Part shown: positions 1 through 7,032 of the stretch, piece by piece
Numbering within the stretch: position 1 is the stretch's first letter
Layout: each line of letters begins with the position of its first letter
Source of the DNA: a virus
Lineage: Duplodnaviria > Heunggongvirae > Uroviricota > Caudoviricetes
Length of the DNA: 8,406 nucleotides
Direction: 5' to 3' (one strand)
Virus record (IMG/VR): IMGVR_UViG_3300000301_000148
Notes under the pieces: model-generated
Databases searched by the model: none
What the model saw: only the letters and a program-made list of their open reading frames with translations
What the model was told of the DNA's origin: nothing
Program-made: the position numbers and the translations under genes

Positions 1-1041
1 ATGAAACACCAAAAAGTTAATATAGTCAAAAAGAATGGTGAATTCTCTTTAAGCCTACTTAGCTTCAAGTTGGTTCATATAAAAAGAACACAAGAGAATA
101 AGAGAAGCATTAATTATTACTGGAATAGCAGGACAAAAGAAGTCATATGTGGCTCAGGTTCATTGCGCAATCATCACAGCATACCATCTATCGCCCATTT
201 ATTTAATTATAAGAAAAAAACATGCGATCTAAGTCGCGAAGAGATACAACTTGGCGACTCCGTATGTGTTTTATTTAATACAACAGCAGCCCTTTTTCTT
301 TTTGGTTCAATTGTTGGTGTAGACAAGCTAAAAAAAGAAACTTATTTTCACATATTGCCTCACGACAAAAACTTTCCATTTCAACGCAATCATGTAATCA
401 AAGTAAAGCACCAAAAAGACAACATTTTTCTTTTACGTGACGGAAAAAATGAAAGATATGAATACATGGCAACAAAAAATCTAGTATTTGCAAAATACCA
501 ATACCAAGTTGAATTTGCCGAAATGGTTATTTCATATATCAAAAGTACGCAGCTCATAATAAATTATGTCTCCGACAAAAATAAAACAATTAATGAAAAG
601 ACGATCTTAGAATGCCATAAAGCTCTTTTTGGCCATATTTATGATTGGGCAGGTGAATACAGAAACCATCCCGTTGTTGTTGGAGATAAAGAGCGACCAA
701 CAATGGAACATAATGAAGTCAAAAAATCATTAAAAGCCTGTCTTAGAGGTTGCACAAAAAAAGAACTTAGCAAAATAAATTCTAAAGCAGAGTTAGTTCA
801 TAAACTAGCTACTCTCCATGCAGAAATCGCATGGATCCACCCCTTTCAAGATGGTAATGGTCGTTCAATACGATTATTTCTTCAGATTGTTGCAACTACT
901 ATGGGTTATGAATTTGATATGGAAAAGCTAGATGGAGATGTGCGAAATAAACGTGCGTACCATTATGCTGTAAGACGCGCAATACACGACAGTAACAGAA
1001 ATCTGATTGCCCTTATTTCAAGGGCAATCAAAGAGCTTTAA
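1..1041 (+). CDS. Fic/Doc (Fido) family protein, 346 aa; candidate toxin or anti-phage cargo gene
   Basis: Open frame of 346 codons in DNA of roughly 30% GC (by eye), which is very unlikely by chance. Canonical Fic active-site motif HxFx(D/E)GNGRxxR is present as HPFQDGNGRSIR at aa 280-291 (nt 838-873). I found no intramolecular (S/T)xxxE(G/N) inhibitory motif in the protein. The ORF begins at window position 1 with ATG, so the true start may lie upstream and the N-terminal ~150 aa has no motif I recognise. Confidence 0.8.
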   Translation: MKHQKVNIVKKNGEFSLSLLSFKLVHIKRTQENKRSINYYWNSRTKEVICGSGSLRNHHSIPSIAHLFNYKKKTCDLSREEIQLGDSVCVLFNTTAALFLFGSIVGVDKLKKETYFHILPHDKNFPFQRNHVIKVKHQKDNIFLLRDGKNERYEYMATKNLVFAKYQYQVEFAEMVISYIKSTQLIINYVSDKNKTINEKTILECHKALFGHIYDWAGEYRNHPVVVGDKERPTMEHNEVKKSLKACLRGCTKKELSKINSKAELVHKLATLHAEIAWIHPFQDGNGRSIRLFLQIVATTMGYEFDMEKLDGDVRNKRAYHYAVRRAIHDSNRNLIALISRAIKEL

Positions 1042-1235
1042 GCAACAGCTACTCTGGTCAGAAAACGTGCAGCCTGCGACATTTTAGACCATGAAGTGTT
1101 GGTAATGTGATTACCTTCCAGAGAAAACGAAGCACGCAGGGAACGATTAACACTTTGTTCAAGTTTTGAACGACGAACAGGCTTAGCACCTGCGTGCCCA
1201 CCTCTTACTTGTATCGTGATAACCTTTTTGCTCAT
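1038..1235 (-). CDS. small basic hypothetical protein, 65 aa; contains SxxxEG motif (possible Fic-inhibitory antitoxin-like helix)
   Basis: ATG at 1235..1233 preceded by a weak purine-rich RBS (AGAGAGA); the ORF track also gives a longer form starting at 1265 with no RBS. Codon usage favours CGT/GGT/GCT/GTT. SFSLEG at aa 36-41 (nt 1113-1130) matches the (S/T)xxxE(G/N) motif of Fic antitoxins. Its stop overlaps the Fic stop in convergent orientation (1038-1041). Confidence 0.4.
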   Translation of the reverse strand: MSKKVITIQVRGGHAGAKPVRRSKLEQSVNRSLRASFSLEGNHITNTSWSKMSQAARFLTRVAVA

Positions 1236-1278
1236 ATTAGTCTCTCTAGTGGTTAAGAACATCATAAATCAACAGCTA

Positions 1279-1295
1279 ATGATAACCATTATCAT
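1279..1295. promoter_or_regulatory. short inverted repeat ATGATAA-cca-TTATCAT in AT-rich spacer upstream of the small ORF
   Basis: 7-bp perfect inverted arms with a 3-nt spacer, read directly from the sequence, lying in the AT-rich region 1236-1418 between the gpA 3' end and the small ORF start. Only a weak operator or promoter candidate. Confidence 0.2.
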
Positions 1296-1395
1296 CTGGA
1301 ATCATCATAGCCGGCTGGCGATTCTACGCCTGATTGTTCATATCTACAACAACTACTTTATACATACAAATCTACTTACCTACCAATAACAGTGT

Positions 1396-4300
1396 TCACA
1401 TCTTCAACTTTTCACCGCNNNNNNNNNNNNNNNNNNNNNNNNNNNNNNNNNNNNNNNNNNNNNNNNNNNNNNNNNNNNNNNNNNNNNNNNNNNNNNNNNN
1501 NCCATCAACTATATACCACCGCCACTCATCAACAACCGGATACGTGAATTTTTTCCCATCATAATTTACGGTCGCGCCACGCGCCAGCGCCTCAAGCTCC
1601 CATCGCTGCGGCCTGATACCGTTCTGAGCAAGGTCAACGCGGATACGGGTAATTTGCATTCTTTCCGACCGGGTCAGTCTGGCCGATGGTGCAATTTCAT
1701 GTGGTTTTAACGGGCTNNNNNNNNNNGGCCAAACATCAGCACCCGGATACATGAATTTTTTCCCGTCATAATTTACGGTCGCGCCACGCGCCAGCGCCTC
1801 AAGTTCCCATCGCTGCGCCCTGATACCGTTCTGAGCAAGGTCAACGCGGATACGGGTAATTTGCATTCGTTCCGACCGGGTCAGTCTGGCCGATGGTGCA
1901 ATTTCATGTGGTTTTAACGGGCTTCCGTTTCTTTGCTGACGATTTGGCATTCTCAGCCCGTGTTTTAATGCGCCCCTGAGCGCCCTCACGACATCCGGGT
2001 CATTCCATTCGATAACACCGTCATCAACCAGATTAAGCACTGCTGCGGCGTGCTCAGAAGGTGTGGGAGCCGGTAACGAAGTATCACCACCGGTGAGTTT
2101 TCCACAGTTATTGACAGGACTCCGAGGCGCGGCGATGCCGCTTTTTAAAGTCAAAGGCTCAACGNNNNNNNNNNNNNNNNNNNNNNNNNNNNNNNNNNNN
2201 NNNNNNNNNNNNNNNNNNNNNNNNNNNNNNNNNNNNNNNNNNNNNNNNNNNNNNNNNNNNNNNNNNNNNNNNNNNNNNNNNNNNNNNNNNNNNNNNNNNN
2301 NNNNNNNNNNNNNNNNNGGCGCGTAAATGCCGACCACTCTCTCGACTTCTTCCTCGTACTCGTTAACGTCATCCGACGGGCTACGGGCGACCCTGACAGT
2401 CTGACAATCGCGCGGGACATTTGCCCCACCCTGCGCGCTGATATACAACGCAAAATCACCACTGTCTGCGGCGGCGCGTGCAGCCTCGACGCGCTCGTCA
2501 AACTCATCAGCAATGCTGACGCCGCGCGGCAATTTGCGTAGTTCACGGTAAGCCCCCATTGTCGGCAGACCAACCGTTTTAAATTGCGGGATGCGCCACG
2601 TTGACGCCCATGCGGTAACAGCCGCCGCAGTGTCTTTCAGCGGCCTGCCGGTATCGTTATCGAGCTGACCATCCAGTGCATAGCCGTCGATGTTTTTTGA
2701 GATGTATTTCGCGATATATCCCGCAGCACCGCCCCGGTTAAGGTGTTTCGCCTGAAAACGGTTTCGCGCGGCTCCTCTTTCGTCGCCATCTTCTTTGAGC
2801 GCATAGCGACGCATGATTTCGATAATCTGGTTACGCTGGCGTGGATTACAAAAAAGCATCATATGCCAGTGCGGCGTTCCGTCGTGGTGTGGCTCGACGA
2901 CTCGCAAACCGTAGACCTGTAAGTCATTATCCTTGANNNNNNNNNNNNNNNNNNNNNNNNNNNNNNNNNNNNNNNNNNNNNNNNNNNNNNNNNNNNNNNN
3001 NNNNNNNNNNNNNNNNATGCCGTGCGCATCAGGCTCCAGATACGGCAGAGATAACGCTGCGCATCCTTTGGATTAAATGCCTCATCATTCCAGCCGTGAT
3101 TAAGCTGGACGGTTTTACTTTCGCCTTTTCCGACCTGACGTGTCGGGTGATACTTTGACGGCGCGGTCAGCGTGATAAACATCCCCACATCACCCTCTGC
3201 GGCGGCGTAACGCTCAATTCCGGCGATGGTGTTCATCAGCTCCATCCGGCGAATTTCAGGATTAGAAATACTGCCCATCACCTTACTGATAAGGTCGATG
3301 CGTTCGCCGGTTTCCCTGTTTTCAAGGTCACACGATTTAAGAAATTCCAGATTTGCCTGGCGGCGNNNNNNNNNNNNNNNNNNNNNNNNNNNNNNNNNNN
3401 NNNNNNNNNNNNNNNNNNNNNNNNNNNNNNNNNNNNNNNNNNNNNNNNNNNNNNNNNNNNNNNNNNNNNNNNNNNNNNNNNNNNNNNNNNNNNNNNNNNN
3501 NNNNNNNNNNNNNNNNNNNAACGCCTCATGCCAGCGCATACGCTGGCCTTTAAGCTGATGAGTCCACCACTCATCGTTAAACAGGCGGGCAATGGCAGAA
3601 TATGCCTGCCTCGTGGTCATCTGCCCTTTACGGTATTTTTTCCAGTAGAGAGGGGAAATATTGAAAGCACGTGCAGCGCCAGCAACATGACCATACAGGT
3701 GATCCTGCGCCTCATCCGTAAACAGCGATTCTTTTTCGCCATGCGCATCCACCCAGGCATCGCAGAGTTCCTCATACATCATGAAAAGCTGCGATGAGAT
3801 ACGGGCGGCAAACTTTTTCAGCTNNNNNNNNNNCGGTATTTTTTCCAGTAGAGCGGGGAAATATTGAAAGCACGTGCAGCGCCAGCAACATGACCATACA
3901 GGTGAGCCTGCGCCTCATCCGTAAACAGTGATTCTTTTTCGCCATGCGCATCCACCCAGGCATCGCTGAGTTCCTCATACATCATGAAAAGCTGCGATGA
4001 GATACGGGCAGCAAACTTTTTCAGCTCCTTGTCATTCATTCCCGGCAGGCGCGCATAGTGGTCACGCTCTGCCAGAAACAGCAACGACGCGTCGGTGTTC
4101 ATTTCATGGCGCTGATTAACGCGCTCAATGCGCGGCCATAAACGACGCTGAAAAGTGGATGTGAGGAAATAAAACCCGTGCACCGGGCTTTTATTGCGCC
4201 GGATGTAGTCATAGCGTGAAGTAAACAGCGAACGCAAAAAGTAAGGCAGGCGGTTAATCGTGGATAAAACACCTTGCACCTGACACATCTCGTCACGTGT

Positions 4301-4426
4301 AAGGGGTCTTTCGCGCCCGACGGCCTCGCGTGGCGCGTTCCATGCATAAGCACCGGTAAACGTCTTACCGGTGCCTGCGGCAAATGCTGACGGTGGGACA
4401 AAACGCCCGGAGGCTTTAACGGCCAT
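1396..4426 (-). CDS. A: P2 gpA-like replication initiation endonuclease (HUH rolling-circle initiator), interrupted by scaffold gaps and duplicated segments
   Basis: Three minus-strand ORF fragments (3818-4468, 2859-3782, 1396-2907) read as one protein broken by N-runs. HUH motif HWHMM at 2857-2871 and a two-tyrosine motif YIAKYISK at 2695-2718 (Tyr codons at 2716-2718 and 2704-2706) are typical of phiX174/P2 gene A type initiators. Likely start is ATG 4426..4424 (MAVKASGRF...), since the track's upstream start is a TTG. The 3' end is uncertain because the 83-N run at 1419-1501 lies inside the ORF. Confidence 0.85.
1527..1923. repeat. near-identical duplicated segment pair flanking a 10-N gap (copies about 1536-1716 and 1743-1923), inside gpA 3' region
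   Basis: Direct comparison: about 181 bp align at an offset of 207 with only a handful of mismatches, and the copies sit either side of the N-run 1717-1726. The bases before each copy diverge (peptide ...YPVVDEWRWYIVD versus ...YPGADVW). Confidence 0.8.
3631..4026. repeat. near-identical duplicated segment pair flanking a 10-N gap (3631-3823 and 3834-4026), inside gpA 5' region
   Basis: 193 bp align at an offset of 203 with about 5 mismatches. Both copies encode MMYEEL(C/S)DAWVDAHGEKESLFTDEAQ(D/A)HLYGHVAGAARAFNISPLYWKKY. The N-run 3824-3833 sits exactly between them. Confidence 0.85.
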
Positions 4427-4691
4427 ATGAGCCAAAAGCCTCTGAACAACGCTTGCTGAGTTGCTCAACCTGCGCGTTTAAATCAGCAAAAGATTTTGCG
4501 CTTCCGGTCAGAATATCGTGATGCATCATGCCGGAAACGAGCTGGCTTAATTTTGGGTAATAACCAACCACCGCCAGCCATTCCTGACCGGCGTTTTTAC
4601 CGCTTTCCGCTCTCTTTTTCTCGTGGAGAATAAACTGAAAGCTGTCACTGGTAACGACATAACGTTCGCCAATTTCGATACGAATACTCAT
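4416..4691 (-). CDS. hypothetical protein, 91 aa, early-operon small ORF upstream of gpA
   Basis: ATG at 4691..4689 overlaps the stop of the preceding ORF (ATGA). Its 3' end overlaps the gpA start by 11 nt. Same strand and tight packing as the rest of the operon. No recognisable motif. Confidence 0.5.
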   Translation of the reverse strand: MSIRIEIGERYVVTSDSFQFILHEKKRAESGKNAGQEWLAVVGYYPKLSQLVSGMMHHDILTGSAKSFADLNAQVEQLSKRCSEAFGSYGR

Positions 4692-4912
4692 GCCGTTCTC
4701 CGGTAATGTTTGTTTTTTGCTTCAAAGACTGACTGACAGGAAACACAACGCGTGGCTGAGGGATAAGCAGCACGACGGGCAGCAGGTATTGGCGCGTCAC
4801 ACTCTTCGCAAACCAGCGCAGAAACACCGCAATGTTTTCCCCTTGCCGCGTTAATCTGGCGCTCCAGTAATTCAGCCTGTTGTTCCTGAATAAAATCTAC
4901 GTTGTCCGGCAT
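4688..4912 (-). CDS. TraR/DksA-family C4 zinc-finger protein, 74 aa
   Basis: CxxC-x17-CxxC arrangement (CEECDAPIPAARRAAYPSATRCVSCQ) including the PIPxARR signature seen in F-plasmid TraR-type proteins. Start ATG 4912..4910 overlaps the stop of the upstream ORF (TAATG). Confidence 0.7.
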   Translation of the reverse strand: MPDNVDFIQEQQAELLERQINAARGKHCGVSALVCEECDAPIPAARRAAYPSATRCVSCQSVFEAKNKHYRRTA

Positions 4913-5214
4913 TACCAGCTCCTTTTGTCGTTCAGCTTCTTAAATTCATCAGCGCAATAGCTGGCGATTTCTGTCGTTAATTTCGTCAGTTCATCCACGG
5001 AGGAAATTTGCTTGTGAAATACAGCGCGTTTAACAAGTAAATTGACCACATCAGACAGGAGGTTTAATTCACTCTGATAAATCGCGATAACAGATTCAGT
5101 TATTTCGCGTTTTTCTTTATCAAGACCAAGTTGAATAAGAGACAAATCGCCATTTTTCATAACGGCGATTTTTAAGGCATTGTTCAGTAAAACAACTGAA
5201 CGAGAACAGGACAT
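4912..5214 (-). CDS. hypothetical protein, 100 aa (MSCSRSVVLLNNALKIAVMKNGDLSLIQLGLDKEKREITESV...)
   Basis: ATG at 5214..5212 preceded by a strong SD (GGGGAGGTG). The long ORF in the track (4912-5343) is an artefact of reading through the 10-N gap. A second, diverged copy of this gene lies at about 5309-5697, interrupted by a 110-N gap. Confidence 0.55.
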   Translation of the reverse strand: MSCSRSVVLLNNALKIAVMKNGDLSLIQLGLDKEKREITESVIAIYQSELNLLSDVVNLLVKRAVFHKQISSVDELTKLTTEIASYCADEFKKLNDKRSW

Positions 5215-5781
5215 CAAAGCACCTCCCCGCGAGACAATCCGATGTTGTGAAATTTTTCCGACTCCTGACTGAGCAGCTCGACTATCTCCACGCGGGATNN
5301 NNNNNNNNTCAGCTCCTTTTATCGTTAAGTTTCCTGGATACATCAGCGCAATAACTGGCGAGTTCTGTCGTTAATTTTGTCAGTTCATCCACTGAGGAAA
5401 TTTGCTTGTGGAACACAGCGCGTTTAACAAGTAAATTGACCACATCAGACAGGAGGTTTNNNNNNNNNNNNNNNNNNNNNNNNNNNNNNNNNNNNNNNNN
5501 NNNNNNNNNNNNNNNNNNNNNNNNNNNNNNNNNNNNNNNNNNNNNNNNNNNNNNNNNNNNNNNNNNNNNATAACAGATTCAGTTATGTCGCGTTTTTCTT
5601 TATCAAGACAAAGTTGAATAAGAGACAAATCACCATTTTCCATAACGGCGATTTTTAAGGCGTTATTCAGTAATACAACTGAATGAGAACAGGACATCAA
5701 AGTACCTCCCCGCGAGACAATCCGATATTGTGAAATTTTTCCGACTCCTGACTGAGCAGCTCGACTATCTCCACGCGGGAT
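4913..5781. repeat. duplicated segment pair flanking a 10-N gap (4913-5298 and 5309-5781; second copy contains a 110-N run)
   Basis: Copies align end to end (both begin with TCAGCTCCTTTT and end with CTCCACGCGGGAT) with roughly 93% identity by eye. The 110-N run in copy 2 corresponds to only about 21 nt in copy 1, so gap lengths are not faithful. Confidence 0.8.
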
Positions 5782-5921
5782 AACTCCGCCTTTGTGATGT
5801 GGCGAATCATGGCGTCAAGATGAGAAGAAAAGCGCGTCGCTGCATCGGCCTGTGCTTCGGTTCTGGCCTGTTGCAGCAGTAATGCGTATTTACCGCACTG
5901 ATTTTCAGAAACTGTATGCAT
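5697..5921 (-). CDS. hypothetical protein, 74 aa, early-operon small ORF
   Basis: ATG at 5921..5919 preceded by GGAGAAAG. Its stop overlaps the ATG of the next ORF (TGATG arrangement). No recognisable motif. Confidence 0.5.
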   Translation of the reverse strand: MHTVSENQCGKYALLLQQARTEAQADAATRFSSHLDAMIRHITKAELSRVEIVELLSQESEKFHNIGLSRGEVL

Positions 5922-5984
5922 GACTTTCTCCAGGCAAAAAGAAGCCCCGCACGATTAAGCGCGTTAAAAACTCTGGTTAATTAT

Positions 5985-6491
5985 TTAATGCAGATATTGC
6001 TCTGGTTTTACCGACGTCAGAATTGTCGGTGCATACTCAAACAGGCTGAATAATTCACGTAATGCACGGAATAAAGCATCACGCCAGTAACATGACTCTT
6101 CATTAATTCGCCAGTATGGCTGGTTAAATTCTTTTTCAGTCAATCCGGCATGCATAAATAAAGTACGACGCTGACTGACTGTTAAAAAACTAATATATGC
6201 ATACTCACTTGCACCGACCTGACGACGTTTTGAGAATGCCCCACGCAATTCATCAATTGCACATACCAGTCGTTCACGTTCGACGTCGTTCATTTCTTCA
6301 AAACGCATCGTTGCGTGACGCTGTTTTAACTGCGCATGAAAGCAAACTGTTAGCCGTTCGCGCTCCATCATCTGATTATAATAATCACATGTATCCTGCC
6401 AGCGAGGAACGGCAAGATGCTTACCAATTATCCGGCGCATAGCTGCTGGCTGTTTTTCAACGAGATTGAGCGTCATCACTGTCATTTCCAT
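5985..6491 (-). CDS. P2 gpB-like replication protein (positional and size-based call), 168 aa
   Basis: ATG at 6491..6489 preceded by a strong SD (GGAGGG at 6498..6493). It sits between cox and gpA as gene B does in P2, and its size is close to P2 B. No catalytic motif recognised, so the call rests on synteny. Confidence 0.5.
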   Translation of the reverse strand: MEMTVMTLNLVEKQPAAMRRIIGKHLAVPRWQDTCDYYNQMMERERLTVCFHAQLKQRHATMRFEEMNDVERERLVCAIDELRGAFSKRRQVGASEYAYISFLTVSQRRTLFMHAGLTEKEFNQPYWRINEESCYWRDALFRALRELFSLFEYAPTILTSVKPEQYLH

Positions 6492-6652
6492 ACCCTCCGG
6501 CTTTTCAGAAAGGTCAGAGCCTTTTTTAACGGACTCTGTTTTTTGGTGCGGATAATGATTCCCTTGCGTCCCTTCCCGTGGGTGATGGTGAAGTCAATCG
6601 CCCTGGGGCTTTCGTTACGCAGTAACTGAGCAATACAACGCGGCTCATTCAT
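6482..6652 (-). CDS. small hypothetical protein, about 56 aa, between cox and the B-like gene
   Basis: ATG at 6652..6650 lies 2 nt after the cox stop (TGATTATG). Its stop TGA (6484..6482) overlaps the B-like start (ATGGAAATGA), suggesting translational coupling. The ORF track's longer form (start 6679) overlaps cox. Confidence 0.4.
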   Translation of the reverse strand: MNEPRCIAQLLRNESPRAIDFTITHGKGRKGIIIRTKKQSPLKKALTFLKSRRVWK

Positions 6653-6654
6653 AA

Positions 6655-6927
6655 TCACAACCCCATCCACAAAAGCCATGCATCACGCTGTTCAACCGGT
6701 CGGTTATAAAACGCCTCACGTACAGCGCGATTAAACTCTGGAATGAAAACCCATTTCTCACCGGCGCGGGCCTTCGGCTTATTTGGATCTCGAAGCTCGA
6801 TAACCGGTAGCTTGTTAGCCTTTATCATTTCTGTAACTGCGGTTTTTGGTTTACCCAATAAATCTGCAAACTTTTCCGCATGTACCGCATCAAGCGGGTA
6901 CTTAATCACATAATCATTAACTTCCAT
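6655..6927 (-). CDS. cox: Cox-like excisionase / early regulator (P2 Cox family), 90 aa
   Basis: KLPVIELRDP...AGEKWVFIP...RD.WLLWMGL resembles the P2 Cox family signature. ATG at 6927..6925 has a good SD (GAGGGT). It is divergent from the repressor gene, as in the P2 immunity region. Confidence 0.8.
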   Translation of the reverse strand: MEVNDYVIKYPLDAVHAEKFADLLGKPKTAVTEMIKANKLPVIELRDPNKPKARAGEKWVFIPEFNRAVREAFYNRPVEQRDAWLLWMGL

Positions 6928-6997
6928 CTATGTTACCCTCATAGGATCCAGCCCCTTAAAAACCGCTTGGAACCGTTTAAGCGGCGCTGGACTCACG

Positions 6998-7031
6998 CCC
7001 GAAAAGGTTCTGGATTAATGACCTTTTCGGG
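6998..7031. promoter_or_regulatory. 11-bp perfect inverted repeat CCCGAAAAGGT-(12 nt)-ACCTTTTCGGG in the cox/C divergent intergenic region; candidate operator
   Basis: Arms at 6998-7008 and 7021-7031 are exact reverse complements. No T-tract follows on either strand, so it is not a typical intrinsic terminator. It lies just downstream of a minus-strand promoter-like element. Confidence 0.35.
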
Positions 7032-7032
7032 G

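Noticed and set aside
1-465. Possibility that the first ~155 codons of the Fic ORF are a non-coding AT-rich leader and the protein starts at an internal Met
   Set aside because: An uninterrupted frame of this length in ~30% GC DNA is very unlikely by chance, so the region is probably coding; the exact start remains uncertain.
1334-1564. Plus-strand 76-aa ORF spanning the 83-N run
   Set aside because: More than a third of it is translated from Ns; the remainder is low-complexity sequence in an AT-rich spacer with no RBS.
2063-4827. Multiple ORFs overlapping gpA (2063-2326 +, 2151-2573 -, 3226-3558 +, 3278-3592 -, 3353-3553 +, 3528-3797 +, 3772-3978 -, 4099-4449 -, 4645-4827 -)
   Set aside because: They are antisense or out of frame with the strongly supported gpA reading frame, many are mostly poly-X from N-runs, and none has a start context or motif.
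1419-5569. N-runs (1419-1501, 1717-1726, 2165-2317, 2937-3016, 3366-3519, 3824-3833, 5299-5308, 5460-5569) as biological low-complexity sequence or CRISPR-like spacing
   Set aside because: They are scaffold gaps of nominal length (one 110-N run stands in for about 21 nt); no direct-repeat/spacer architecture exists anywhere in the window.
1527-5781. Interpreting the three duplicated segments as genuine tandem gene duplications
   Set aside because: Each pair is split exactly by a 10-N gap and two of them lie inside the essential gpA frame; unmerged contig overlaps or co-scaffolded paralogous prophage sequence is the simpler explanation, though only read-level data can settle it.
6197-6629. 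Plus-strand ORFs 6197-6442 and 6417-6629
   Set aside because: They are antisense to the B-like gene and the adjacent small ORF, which have strong RBSs and coupled starts.
6998-7031. Intergenic palindrome as a rho-independent terminator
   Set aside because: No U-tract follows the stem on either strand and the loop is long (12 nt); an operator or leader-structure role is more plausible.
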